64,000 bases of DNA from Nannocystis bainbridge (GCF_028368995.1 NZ_JAQNDL010000003.1:2688001-2752000); one strand, 5' to 3'. Positions 1-9,833 are shown, numbered from the stretch's first letter. Numbers and translations: made by a program. The notes: generated by a model from the letters alone, not told the origin.

Positions 1-610
1 CGACAACGACCGCGGCTGGGGCATGATCGGCGGCCCCGCGGCTGCCGGCCTCCATTGCACCTGCACCGACGGCGACCGCGATGGTCACTACGCGGTCGCT
101 TGCGGCGGCGACGACTGCGACGACGCCGACCCGGCGCGCCACCCCGGGGCCGCCGAGGTGTGTGACGGTCGCGACAATGACTGCGACGGCGACCTCCCGG
201 CCGACGAGGTCGACGGCGACGGCGACGGCGTGCGCGTCTGCGCCGGCGATTGCGACGACGCCGATCCATCGCGCTGGCCGGGCGCCGTCGAGGACCCCGA
301 CGATTGCATCGACAACGACTGCGACGGCGACGGCGGCCTCGCCTGCGCCCCGACCACCGGCGCCCAGACCTCGAGCGGAGGCAGCGGCACCGGCGAGCAC
401 GAGCCCACCACCACGAACACGACGTCGGGCACCACCGATGCCGACGCCACGGGCCTGACCGACGGGGCCAGCGACAGCGGCGGGGCCGTCGAGGGCGCGG
501 GTTGCGGCTGCAGCACCGGCGGTCCTGCGGCCCCGCTGGGCCTGCTTCTCGGCCTCGTCGGCATGAGGCGGCGGCGGTCGCGTTCTCGGGTATCCTCGCC
601 CCCGCAGTGA
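1..610 (+). CDS. C-terminal part of a secreted MYXO-CTERM protein with Cys/Asp-rich putative metal-binding (MopE-like) repeats; 5' end lies outside the window
   Basis: Repeats DCDDADPARHPGAAEVCDGRDNDCDG, a Thr/Ser-rich linker, and the C-terminal GCGCSTGG-hydrophobic-RRRR sorting signal. Confidence 0.85.
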   Translation, partial: DNDRGWGMIGGPAAAGLHCTCTDGDRDGHYAVACGGDDCDDADPARHPGAAEVCDGRDNDCDGDLPADEVDGDGDGVRVCAGDCDDADPSRWPGAVEDPDDCIDNDCDGDGGLACAPTTGAQTSSGGSGTGEHEPTTTNTTSGTTDADATGLTDGASDSGGAVEGAGCGCSTGGPAAPLGLLLGLVGMRRRRSRSRVSSPPQ

Positions 611-1686
611 AGCGCGCAGCGACAATCCGGACCCTGGCCGCCATGGCGGCGCTCCTCCTCGCCTGCCAGACCTTCGGCCCGCGCTCGCTCCGCTACGGCC
701 GCGGCACCTACAACACCGCGATTCAGCAGACCAACAGCGAGCAGCTGCTGCTCAACCTGGTCCGCCTGCGCTACCGCGACGCCCCGCTGTTCCTCGAGGT
801 CACCAGCATCTCCAGCAGCCTCTCGCTCGAGCTCGGCGCCGCCGTCGGCGGCAATGTCGGCACCGTCGGCAGATCGGTCGCCCCCGGCACCGCCGTCACC
901 TATATCGAGCGCCCGACCATCACCTACGCCCCGCTGCAGGGCTCGCGCTTCGGCACTCAGTTCCTGAGCCCCATTCAGCTGAGCGACATCCTCCTGCTCT
1001 ACCACGCCGGCTGGGCCATCGATCGCATCTTCCGCGTGTTCGTGCAGAAGCTCGGGCCGCTGCAGAACGCCCCGCGCGCGTCCGGCCCGACCCCCTCGCA
1101 CGCGCCCGAGTACGAGGCCTTCTTCACCGCCACCGAGTTGATGCGCTCCTTGTGGGTCGACGGCCTGGTCGACCTCAACTACCTGCCCAGCGTCGCCGGC
1201 GACGCCCTCACCCTGACCTTCACCCGCCGCCCCGACGCCGAGGGGCGGGTCGCCCGGCTGTGCGCGCTGTTCGGCCTGGCCGAGCCCCGCTACACGATCA
1301 CCCTCACCGAGTCCCCGCGCCCGGGCGAGGGGGCGGTGCTGCTGGTCCCGCGCTCGCTGCTCGGCGGCATGTACTACGTCTCGCACGGGGTCGAGGTCCC
1401 GGCCGAGGATTACGCCGTCGGCCGCGTGCCGGTCACCCGCGACGCCAAGGGCGCCGTGTTCGACTGGGCCCGCCTCACAGGCACGCTGATGCGCGTCCGC
1501 CACGGCACGCAGGAGCCCAAGAACGCCTACGTCTCGGTGTACTACCGCGGCCTGTGGTTCTGGATCGCCGACAACGACCTCGACTCCAAGTCGACGTTCT
1601 CCTTCATCGCCCAGGTGCTCGAGCTGCAGTCGGGCGAGATCAAGGGCGCCGCCCCGTTGCTGACCCTGCCGATCGCCGCCGAGTGA
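607..1686 (+). CDS. Conserved hypothetical lipoprotein
   Basis: GTG at 607 overlaps the upstream TGA; lipobox-like ALLLAC; LLLNLVRLRYRDAPLFLEV block; strong GC3 codon bias. Confidence 0.75.
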   Translation: MKRAATIRTLAAMAALLLACQTFGPRSLRYGRGTYNTAIQQTNSEQLLLNLVRLRYRDAPLFLEVTSISSSLSLELGAAVGGNVGTVGRSVAPGTAVTYIERPTITYAPLQGSRFGTQFLSPIQLSDILLLYHAGWAIDRIFRVFVQKLGPLQNAPRASGPTPSHAPEYEAFFTATELMRSLWVDGLVDLNYLPSVAGDALTLTFTRRPDAEGRVARLCALFGLAEPRYTITLTESPRPGEGAVLLVPRSLLGGMYYVSHGVEVPAEDYAVGRVPVTRDAKGAVFDWARLTGTLMRVRHGTQEPKNAYVSVYYRGLWFWIADNDLDSKSTFSFIAQVLELQSGEIKGAAPLLTLPIAAE

Positions 1687-1702
1687 TTCTTTTATCGAGG
1701 CC

Positions 1703-1808
1703 GCGCCCGGAGCTGTCCTCCGGGACATGTTATTTCGCGACTGCGCCCGGAGCTGTCCTCCGGGACATGTGAGACGGCCGTGCCCGGAGCTGTCCTCCGG
1801 GACACGTG
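1703..1808. repeat. Three copies of a ~28-bp unit GCGCCCGGAGCTGTCCTCCGGGACATGT, each carrying the TGTCC-N4-GGACA palindrome
   Basis: Copies near 1703, 1743 and 1781, between convergent genes. Confidence 0.95.
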
Positions 1809-1816
1809 ATTTCGCC

Positions 1817-3091
1817 TCAGGCGACGAACGCCGCCAGGCGATCGATCGCCGTCAGCACCCGCGGCGCGTGCCGGCGCAGCCACGCCTCGTCGATCGTCGC
1901 CGCCGGGTCGTGGCCGGCCAGCGCCGCCGCCCCGTCGAAATCGACGTAGGCCAGGCGCGCCGTCCAGTCGCCGAACGGCCGGCCGAAGTCGCTGCCCGGG
2001 AGAATGGCCACACCTGTCTCTTCGAGCAGGCGCTCGCACAGCGCCTCGCCGCCGGCGATCCCGCGCCGGCGCAGCGCGTCGGCCTGGCCGGAGAAGTCTG
2101 GGAACAGGTAGAACCCGCCCTGCGGAGCCGCGCAGGCGACCCCGCCGGCGAGCAAGCGCCGGTGGCACCAGCCGCCGAGCGCCTTCAAGATCGCCTGCTC
2201 GTGGGCCACGTAGGCGGCGATGTCCGGGCCGAATCCGAACGCGGTCACCGCGGCGCACTGGATCGGCGCGCTGGTCGAGGTGTACGTCTCGCTGGCGACC
2301 GCGATCATCGCCTGCTGCAGCCACTGCAGCTCGCGCGGGAACAGGAACGTGCCGAGGCGCCAACCGCCGGCCCCGCACCACTTGCTGAGGCCCGAGCTGA
2401 TGATCGTGCCCTCGGGGTAGAAGCGGGCGATCGACGTGTGAGCGCCGTCGTGGTGCAGCTCGCCGTAGATCTCGTCGGACACCACCAGCACCTCGTGCGC
2501 GCGCAGGACCTCGGCCAGCGCCGCCAGCTCGTCGGCGTCGTAGGTCTGCCCGGTCGGGTTCGACGGGTAGTTGAGGATCAGCACCCGCGGGCGCCCGGCG
2601 TCGCGCCGGCACAGCCCGTCGACGTCGGCCGGCGTCAGCTTCCAGCCGTTGTCGGCCCGCGTCGGCAGCCACACCACCTGCCGGCCGATGATGCGCGCCT
2701 GCGGCGAGTACGACACCCACGCCGGCGACGGCAGCACCAGGTCGCCGTAGAACGCCAGCTGGGTGATGAACATCAGCTCCTTGCTGCCGGGGGCGACCAG
2801 CACGTGATCGCCGCTGTACTCGCGCTCGCCGGCGACCCCGCGCTGATGGTAGGCCGCGACCGCCTCGCGCAGCGCCGGCAGCCCGCGCACCGGCATGTAC
2901 TCCTTGCGCGTCGCGTGGGCCCGCAGCGCCTCGACCACGCTGTCCGGCACCGGGAACGGCGACTGGCCGAGCCCGAGCTTGAACACCTCGCGTCCGGCGG
3001 CGAGGAGGTCGTTGCTGCGCTCGTTGATCGCCACCGTGGCCGACGGCGACAGGCCGCGGACCTGGAGGTTGAGGCTGGCTCGGCCGTGCAT
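1817..3091 (-). CDS. PLP-dependent aminotransferase, class I/II (aspartate aminotransferase-like)
   Basis: NYPSNPTG, SDEIY and SGLSKW..GGWRLG (PLP lysine) motifs. Confidence 0.92.
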   Translation of the reverse strand: MHGRASLNLQVRGLSPSATVAINERSNDLLAAGREVFKLGLGQSPFPVPDSVVEALRAHATRKEYMPVRGLPALREAVAAYHQRGVAGEREYSGDHVLVAPGSKELMFITQLAFYGDLVLPSPAWVSYSPQARIIGRQVVWLPTRADNGWKLTPADVDGLCRRDAGRPRVLILNYPSNPTGQTYDADELAALAEVLRAHEVLVVSDEIYGELHHDGAHTSIARFYPEGTIISSGLSKWCGAGGWRLGTFLFPRELQWLQQAMIAVASETYTSTSAPIQCAAVTAFGFGPDIAAYVAHEQAILKALGGWCHRRLLAGGVACAAPQGGFYLFPDFSGQADALRRRGIAGGEALCERLLEETGVAILPGSDFGRPFGDWTARLAYVDFDGAAALAGHDPAATIDEAWLRRHAPRVLTAIDRLAAFVA

Positions 3092-3095
3092 TCGA

Positions 3096-4742
3096 TCACC
3101 TGGCCTTTCGAGCAGCTTGCCTGTCCTCGCGGACGGCGCTGTTGTGGAGCGGGTTGGCGCGGCCGGAGCTGTCGGCGTCGGCCTGCCAGCGCGGCACCCA
3201 CCGCCGCACGCAGCGGGCCGCGTGCTCGCCGGGGAACAGCTCGGCGAACAGCGAGCGGTAAAGGTAGCCCTCCTTGGTGGTCGGCGTCTCGTGCGGGAAC
3301 CGGCGCCCGGCCTCGGCCAGATGCAGGTCCGAGACCGTCGCCTCGGCGTGGGCCTTGAGGCGCTCGACCCAGCCGTAGCCGACCCCGTCGGAGAACTGCT
3401 CTTTTTGCCGCCACAGCACCGCCGGCGGCAGCAGCGGGTCGGCCGGATCGGCGAACGCCGCCCGCAGCAGCGCCTTCTCCATCCGCGCCTCGCGCCCGGG
3501 CTCGGCCCGCAGCGGCCGCTTGAGCGCCGGATCGATCGTCATCGCCAGGTCGAGGAAGGCGAGGTCGAGGAACGGCACCCGCGCCTCGACGCCGTGCGCC
3601 ATCGTGCTCTTGTCGGCGCGCAGGACGTCGCTGAGGTGGAGGTTCTTGACCCGCTCGACCGTCTCGCGGAAAAACGCCTCCTCGCCCTCGGCGAAGTAGA
3701 AGTAGAGGTAACCGCCGAACACCTCGTCGGAGCCCTCGCCCGACAGCACCACCTTGACCCCCTGGTCCTTGATGTAGCGGCTGAGGCAATACATCGGGAT
3801 GCTCGCCCGCACCGTCGGGATGTCATACGATTCGGTGTGCCAGACGATGTCGCGCAGCGCCGCGACGCCCTCGTCGAGGTCGAGCCGGACCTCGTGGTGG
3901 TCGGTGCCGACGAACGCCGCCACGTCCCGCGCCGCCCGCAGGTCCGGCGAGTCGCCGTCGACCCCGATCGCGAACGACATCAGGCGCGCGTCCGGGTCGC
4001 GCCGCCGCGCCAGTCGGGCCGCCAGCGCCGCCACCAGGCTCGAGTCGAGCCCGCCCGACAGCAGCACCCCGAGCGGCACGTCGCTCATCAGCCGCTTGTC
4101 GACCGCCGCCTCGAACCGCTCGCGCAGGCCGGCGGCGTCGCGCCGGTAATCCGCCTGTCCTTCGAGCCATGTCCGCTCGTACCAGCGGCGCAGCCCGCCG
4201 CGGCGGGTGTAGACGTGGCCGGGCGGGAACACCTCGAACCACTCGCACTCGCCGGCCAGGACCTTGAGCTCGGACGCGAACCACAGGTTGCCGGCGCGGT
4301 CGCGGCCGTAGTAGAGCGGCTTTACGCCGATCGGGTCGCGCGCGACCAGCCAGTCGTCGTCGCGCAGGGCCGCCAGCGCGAACACGCCGTCGAGCTTGTC
4401 GACGAACGCGTCGCCCTGGGCCTCGAACAGGTGGGCCAGGACCTCGCTGTCGGAGCCGGTGCGGAACACCCGCCCCGCCGCCTGCAGCCCGGCGCGCAGG
4501 GCGGCGTGGTTGTAGATCTCGCCGTTGTGGACCACGGCGGCGCCGTCGCGCCCGAACAGCGGCTGCCGGCCCGAGGCCGGGTCCATGATCGAAAGCCGCC
4601 GGTGCAGCAGCGCGCCGACCCCCGGCAAGTAGTGCCTCCCGTGCCCGTCCGGGCCTCGGTGCGTCAGCCGCTCGCTCGCGGCTGTCGCTCGCGAGAGGAT
4701 CGCGTCATCGACGGCCCCGAAGACCGCGAGGATTCCACACAT
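3096..4742 (-). CDS. asnB: Asparagine synthetase B (glutamine-hydrolysing)
   Basis: MCGI Ntn start, HRGPD, HNGEIYN, LLSGGLDSS, SGEGSDE, RVPFLD, RQKEQFSDGVG. Confidence 0.95.
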   Translation of the reverse strand: MCGILAVFGAVDDAILSRATAASERLTHRGPDGHGRHYLPGVGALLHRRLSIMDPASGRQPLFGRDGAAVVHNGEIYNHAALRAGLQAAGRVFRTGSDSEVLAHLFEAQGDAFVDKLDGVFALAALRDDDWLVARDPIGVKPLYYGRDRAGNLWFASELKVLAGECEWFEVFPPGHVYTRRGGLRRWYERTWLEGQADYRRDAAGLRERFEAAVDKRLMSDVPLGVLLSGGLDSSLVAALAARLARRRDPDARLMSFAIGVDGDSPDLRAARDVAAFVGTDHHEVRLDLDEGVAALRDIVWHTESYDIPTVRASIPMYCLSRYIKDQGVKVVLSGEGSDEVFGGYLYFYFAEGEEAFFRETVERVKNLHLSDVLRADKSTMAHGVEARVPFLDLAFLDLAMTIDPALKRPLRAEPGREARMEKALLRAAFADPADPLLPPAVLWRQKEQFSDGVGYGWVERLKAHAEATVSDLHLAEAGRRFPHETPTTKEGYLYRSLFAELFPGEHAARCVRRWVPRWQADADSSGRANPLHNSAVREDRQAARKAR

Positions 4743-4832
4743 GCGTCGTTCTCCCTCCGCCGGGCCGCCGCCCGCGCAGGGGCCGGTTATAACGCCCCCG
4801 CGCCCCCGCGGCAACCGACGATCTCGCTCACA

Positions 4833-4950
4833 TGTCCCTCGGGACAGATTCATGAATCTCCTCGGTCGCATTACGCACGCGTAACGCCAATCGTGATTGT
4901 AATGAACGTCGGTTCGTCAATCGCATTGCGCGCAAAATTCCGGCGATTGA
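4833..4950. promoter_or_regulatory. Divergent promoter region with stacked palindromes
   Basis: TGTCC-N4-GGACA 4833-4846; AGATTCATGAATCT 4846-4859; TTACGC-AC-GCGTAA 4871-4884; CAATC-GT-GATTG 4888-4899; TCAATCGC..GCGATTGA 4917-4950. Confidence 0.55.
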
Positions 4951-5124
4951 TCCTTGCGGTGGCATCAGGCCCCATGTTAAGTTGCTGCTCAATCAGCGCA
5001 CAGCGGCGGCAGCGCGCCGGCGGACAGATCGTGCGGACTCTCGTGCGGCGTCTCGCCCGCGCCCGGCCGGCGCCTCATCCGCCCGATCGGCGAATCGCAC
5101 GGTCGGGCTCGCTCGGAGGATCCG

Positions 5125-6501
5125 ATGCCGGACGGCGCATTGAATCTGGGGACCTATCGCGCCTTCACGGCGCGCGACATCGACGTGATCCCGCAATTGC
5201 GCGGCCTGCCCGAGGAGGCGCGGCTGCGCCTGCGGGCGGTCGCGCAGGTGCTGCCGTTCCGCGTCAACGCCTACGTGCTCGAGCAATTGATCGATTGGTC
5301 GCGGGTCCCTGACGACCCGATGTATCAATTGACGATCCCGCAGGCGGAGATGCTGCACGAGGCCGACGTGAGCGCGTTGGTCGACCTGCTGCGCCGCGGC
5401 GACGACGCGGCGGTGCAGGCGCGGGCGCGGACGATCCAGCGGGCCATGAACCCGCACCCGGCCGGCCAGGTCGACCTCAACGTGCCGATCGAGGCCGGCG
5501 TCGAGCAGCGCGGGCTGCAGCACAAGTACCGCCAGACGGTACTGTTCTTCCCGGCGCAGGGCCAGACGTGCCACGCGTACTGTACGTATTGCTTCCGCTG
5601 GGCCCAGTTCGTCGGCCTCGACGACCTCAAGTTCGCCACGCGCGAGGCCGACTCGCTGGTCGAGTACCTCCGGCGTCACCCCGAGGTCAGCGACGTGCTG
5701 TTCACCGGCGGCGACCCGCTGGTGATGCGCACCAGCGTGCTGCGGCGCTACGTCGAGCCGCTGCTCAAGGCCGACCTGCCGAACCTGGCTCACATCCGCT
5801 TCGGCACCAAGGCGCTGGCGTACTGGCCGGCCCGCTTCCTCACCGACCCCGACGCCGACGACCTGCTGCGCCTGTTCGGCGAGATCGAGGCCGCGGGCAA
5901 GCACGTGGCCGTGATGGCCCACTACAGCCACCCGCGCGAGCTGGCGACGCCGGCCGCGGCGCGGGCGCTGCAGCGGGTGCGCGAGGCGGGCGCCGTCGTG
6001 CGCTGTCAGGCGCCGCTCATCCGCCACGTCAACGACGACCCCGACGTGTGGGCCGAGCTGTGGCGCACGCAGGTCCGCCACGGAGCTGTCCCTTATTACA
6101 TGTTCGTCGAGCGCGACACGGGCCCCAAGGAGTACTTCAAGGTCCCGCTGGACCGCGCGCTGAACATCTACCAGGGCGCCTACCGCCAGCTCTCGGGCCT
6201 GTGTCGCAGCGTGCGGGGGCCTTCCATGTCAGCGACGCCAGGAAAGATCCTCCTTGATGGCGTGACCGAAATTGACGGTCGTCGCTACTTTGTCCTACGT
6301 GTACTCCAAGGGCGCAACCCGGAGTGGGTGGGGCGCATCTTCTTCGCCGAATACGACCCCGACGCCGCGTGGCTGGACGAGCTCCGACCCGCATTCGGGG
6401 CATCCGAGTTCTTCTATACGGCTGAGCTCGCTGATCTGCGCCTTCGTCGCGCCGACCTGCGGCTGAGCGTGATCGGCGGTTCACATGCGGTCACCACGTG
6501 A
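5125..6501 (+). CDS. KamA-family radical SAM aminomutase-like protein
   Basis: GLQHKYRQTVLFF, CHAYCTYCFRW (CxxxCxxC), DVLFTGGDPL, HYSHPREL, PYYMFV, SATPGK (candidate PLP lysine). Confidence 0.9.
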   Translation: MPDGALNLGTYRAFTARDIDVIPQLRGLPEEARLRLRAVAQVLPFRVNAYVLEQLIDWSRVPDDPMYQLTIPQAEMLHEADVSALVDLLRRGDDAAVQARARTIQRAMNPHPAGQVDLNVPIEAGVEQRGLQHKYRQTVLFFPAQGQTCHAYCTYCFRWAQFVGLDDLKFATREADSLVEYLRRHPEVSDVLFTGGDPLVMRTSVLRRYVEPLLKADLPNLAHIRFGTKALAYWPARFLTDPDADDLLRLFGEIEAAGKHVAVMAHYSHPRELATPAAARALQRVREAGAVVRCQAPLIRHVNDDPDVWAELWRTQVRHGAVPYYMFVERDTGPKEYFKVPLDRALNIYQGAYRQLSGLCRSVRGPSMSATPGKILLDGVTEIDGRRYFVLRVLQGRNPEWVGRIFFAEYDPDAAWLDELRPAFGASEFFYTAELADLRLRRADLRLSVIGGSHAVTT

Positions 6502-6574
6502 GCACAGCCGGAAATCTCGGCGTTGACGCCTCCAGCCCCTTGCCGCACCATCGAAGACCCCCTGGATTTGACCG

Positions 6575-6877
6575 ATGAGTGAGCTCATGCCCGAGAACCC
6601 AGATGGCTGGACCTTCCTGACCAATCACGCGCACGTCTTGCTGTGCCTGGCGCAAGACCCCGAGATTCGTCTGTGCGATGTCGCCGCCGAAGTCGGCCTG
6701 ACCGAGCGTGGTGTCCAGCGAATCGTGAAAGAGTTGGCGACCTCAGGGTACATCACCCGCGAGCGCAACGGCCGGCGCAACCGTTACTTGGTGCATCAGC
6801 GCCAGCCCCTGCGCCGAACCATCGCCCGCCACCGCCAGGTCGGTGATTTGCTGCAGCTGATCGTCCAGGCGCGGTGA
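6575..6877 (+). CDS. Small winged-helix transcriptional regulator
   Basis: WTFLTNHAHVLLCLA, HTH VGLTERGVQRIV, wing RERNGRRNRY. Confidence 0.88.
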   Translation: MSELMPENPDGWTFLTNHAHVLLCLAQDPEIRLCDVAAEVGLTERGVQRIVKELATSGYITRERNGRRNRYLVHQRQPLRRTIARHRQVGDLLQLIVQAR

Positions 6878-7096
6878 GCCGCGGCGATCGCTCGCCGGGC
6901 GAGGCGCCGCCGATTCATGACTCCGGCTTCGGCATCGCCCATGTCCCATCAGACAGGTGCTGACGACGCCGAGGGCCGCTCCCGAGCTCCCGCTCACGGA
7001 GCGCCCGACGGGCCTCGCAGCCCTCCGCGCCCGGCTCGCCGCGGCCGCCTGCACCGGTGCGCGGCGGCGGCAGGTTCGCCCTGAGGGCTCGGCCGA

Positions 7097-8797
7097 TCAG
7101 CCGGGCGGGTTGGGGTTGATCTTGCCGGTGCCGGTGCCGCCCAGATACGCGTACGAGTCGTGCTGGTCGTAGCCGACGATGATGACCTGGAACGGTGAGT
7201 CGCCGCCGTCGAACACGTGCACGCCGTCAGGGCAGGTGATGCGCGCGACCTCGTAGCCGCTGGCGCCGACGGGGTTGAACTCGGCGTCGGAGATCGGGAC
7301 ACCATCCATGGTGATCGGGGCGCCGACCGGGCGGGTGATGACGGCGACGTCGGTGATCCAGGTGCCGGGCACGAGGACGACGTAGCGCGGCAGGTACTGC
7401 TCGACGGGCGCCATCTGCACCATCGCCGGGTCGCCGATCGAGCTGCCGAACGCCTCGGCGCCGACCATGTAGCCGTAGACGGCGATCGGCTTGTCGGCGA
7501 TGACCTCGAAGTCACCAGGCTCGGTCGCCGGCCCGGTGGCGTAGAACTCGCTCATCTGGTTGGCGTTGAGCACGAAGTTGGTCGCGGGGATGCCCGAGAC
7601 CCCCGGGTCGGCGTGGATGGTGACGTTGGTGTTCGGCTCGGAGGCGTAGATCTGCCACAGCGTGTTCTCGGGCGCGCCGGGGCTGCGGATCGGCATGCGC
7701 GAGGCGATGAAGTGCTTGCCCCACTGGCGCACGCCGGCCAGCTGCTCCTCCATGTGATCGCAGCAGCAGGTCGACTCGGGGATGAGCGCGCACTCCTGGC
7801 CGGCGAACACGGCGACGGGGTGATTCTCGTTGCTGTTGATCTTGGTGCCGGTCATGCTGTCGGGGATCGACTGCACGGCGACCGACAGCACGTCGCCCTC
7901 GTTGAGCGGGATCACGAACGGCGCCCCCGGAGCCCCCTGCGGCACGCTCGGGCCGGCCGCGGTCACGACGCTGGGCTCGACCTGGACCATGGTCCCGTCG
8001 ACGGTGGCGATGACGGTCACGTAGCTGTGCTGAAAGCCGTTGGTGTTGTCGTACATCGATTTCCACGCGGTCACGCGATTGATCGTGTCGAGCGCGGCCG
8101 CGGGGTACAGCATCGCCGCGTCCGAGAGGTACGAGGAGGCGCCGTCGACCGGGTTGAACTGATAGGCGACGACCGGGACGTCGGAGGTGACGCGATACGA
8201 GCCGCCCGGGTTGACGCCGGAGTCGTCGATGTGACGGTCGGGCAAGTTGAAGGTGTGCAGCGACAGCGGACCGACCGGCTGCGGCCCGCCGACAGTGGTC
8301 CACACCCCGCCGTTCTTGACCTCGACGACGACGTTGGCGCTGGCCGCCAGCTGGACGTTGGCGACGGCGATCGCGTACTGCGAGGTCTCGACCGAGTCGT
8401 GCGAGTCCATGTCGACGGCGTAGAAGCGACAGCCCACGGTGCTCTTGCCGGCGCTCGCCTGCTCGCACGTCTCGGGGATGATCGGCCCGTCGTCCGGCCC
8501 GCCGAAATCGGGCTGCATCTCGTTGCCGAAGTCGAACTTCGGGGTCGTGTCGCTGCTCACCGAGGTGGCGTCGGTCGGCGCGGTGGGGCTGGTCGTGCCG
8601 GCGGTGGTCGTGGGGTTGCTGGTCCCGGACTCGGTGCCGGGCTCGTCGGTGGTCGGGCTGCCCGTCGGGCCGATGCTGGCGATCGACGACACCCCGGTGA
8701 CCGGGAGGGTGGTCTCGCCGCGGCCCGAGTCGCCGCAAGCAGCGAGCAGGAGCAGGAGCGAGCCGAGAGGAGCGAGCCGCGGAGAGACGATGTGCAT
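7097..8797 (-). CDS. Lipoprotein with IgGFc-binding-like domain
   Basis: Lipobox LLAAC, Thr/Ser linker, STVGCRFYAVD, SDVPVVAYQFNP, CCCDHMEEQL, GDPAM, SYAYLGG. Confidence 0.85.
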   Translation of the reverse strand: MHIVSPRLAPLGSLLLLLAACGDSGRGETTLPVTGVSSIASIGPTGSPTTDEPGTESGTSNPTTTAGTTSPTAPTDATSVSSDTTPKFDFGNEMQPDFGGPDDGPIIPETCEQASAGKSTVGCRFYAVDMDSHDSVETSQYAIAVANVQLAASANVVVEVKNGGVWTTVGGPQPVGPLSLHTFNLPDRHIDDSGVNPGGSYRVTSDVPVVAYQFNPVDGASSYLSDAAMLYPAAALDTINRVTAWKSMYDNTNGFQHSYVTVIATVDGTMVQVEPSVVTAAGPSVPQGAPGAPFVIPLNEGDVLSVAVQSIPDSMTGTKINSNENHPVAVFAGQECALIPESTCCCDHMEEQLAGVRQWGKHFIASRMPIRSPGAPENTLWQIYASEPNTNVTIHADPGVSGIPATNFVLNANQMSEFYATGPATEPGDFEVIADKPIAVYGYMVGAEAFGSSIGDPAMVQMAPVEQYLPRYVVLVPGTWITDVAVITRPVGAPITMDGVPISDAEFNPVGASGYEVARITCPDGVHVFDGGDSPFQVIIVGYDQHDSYAYLGGTGTGKINPNPPG

Positions 8798-9224
8798 GCG
8801 AGACACCTCGAGCAGAGGCTCACGATAGGACCCACACCCACCCGCGCGGCGCACCACGGACGCGAGTTCTCACACGGTCATCACGGCCCCGCTCGCGTAC
8901 GACGACGGGGCATGACCCATCGCTCGCGCGGGCTCCTCCCCATCGCCCCGGCGGGCGCCACAGGCGGTCTCAAGGGCGATCGGGCCGCGAATTCGCGGAC
9001 GACGACCGGCGCGAGCGCGAGGGCCACGGTCCCCGCTCCGACGACCGCGAGCGCGCCCACGAGCACTCCGATCACGCATTCGAGTTCGACCTCGTCGATC
9101 GCGCGCGACAGGCCCGCGAACGACGCGACCGCGGCGATCACCGCCACAGGGCGAATGCGCGCCGGTCACGAGCGCTGAACCCCGGCCGCTGCACCGCGCG
9201 ACGCTGACGCCCGGCGCCGAGGAC

Positions 9225-9294
9225 TGGTCGTCACGACATGTCCTATTTAACATGCTCAAAAGGGCATGTCATCATGAACATGTCCTATGTGCCA
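9225..9294. repeat. Five tandem degenerate 14-bp units (TGYYY-N4-RRRCA type)
   Basis: CATG at 9237, 9251, 9265 and 9279. Confidence 0.9.
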
Positions 9295-9299
9295 GTCAA

Positions 9300-9833
9300 T
9301 CAGGAATCACGCGGCGAGCCGCGGGCCGGCGATCGCGTCAGGCTGTAATAGCGGTGCGGCAGGTCGGCGCGGTCGAACTCGAATCGATAGATCAGCCCGG
9401 CCAGCTCGAGCACGCGGCGCGAGCCGAGGTTCTCGGTCCAGGTGAATCCACACACCTCGGGCAGACCGAGCTCGCCCAGGGCCAGCTCGACCAGCGCGCG
9501 CGCGACCTCGGTGGCCAGCCCGCGGCGCCACACCGCCGGCGCGAATCCATAGAGGATCTCGACGCTGTCGCGACCGCCCGCGTCGGTCGGCGCCAGGCCG
9601 GCGTAGCCGCACGCGACGTCGCCCTCGCGCAGGGTGTAGACGCCGAAGCCGTGGCTGTGCCACATCGCCACCAGGCGATCGATCTTCGCGTCGATCTGCG
9701 CCAGCGTGCGCGGGCCGCCGAGCGTGCGCACGACCTCGGGCTCCTGCCACAGCGCGCGGTACAGCGGGCGGTCCGCGGCGGTGATGCGCGCCCCGTGCAG
9801 GCGCGCCGTGGTCAGCGTCGCGGGCGCGGTCAT
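9300..9833 (-). CDS. GNAT N-acetyltransferase (RimJ/RimL-like)
   Basis: LTTARL, VEILYGFAPAVWRRGLATE, ENLGSRRVLE; ATG overlaps the sirtuin stop (ATGA). Confidence 0.88.
   Translation of the reverse strand: MTAPATLTTARLHGARITAADRPLYRALWQEPEVVRTLGGPRTLAQIDAKIDRLVAMWHSHGFGVYTLREGDVACGYAGLAPTDAGGRDSVEILYGFAPAVWRRGLATEVARALVELALGELGLPEVCGFTWTENLGSRRVLELAGLIYRFEFDRADLPHRYYSLTRSPARGSPRDS

Noticed and set aside
1703-1808. Mini CRISPR array (28-bp palindromic repeats)
   Set aside because: Linkers are only 10-12 nt and partly similar to each other; no cas genes in the window.
4833-4846. TGTCC-N4-GGACA as parS or matS
   Set aside because: Length and sequence differ from parS (16-bp TGTTTCACGTGAAACA type) and matS (GTGACRNYGTCAC).
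8881-9147. 88-aa hydrophobic ORF
   Set aside because: No RBS or recognisable family; it may be real but is not supportable from the sequence alone.
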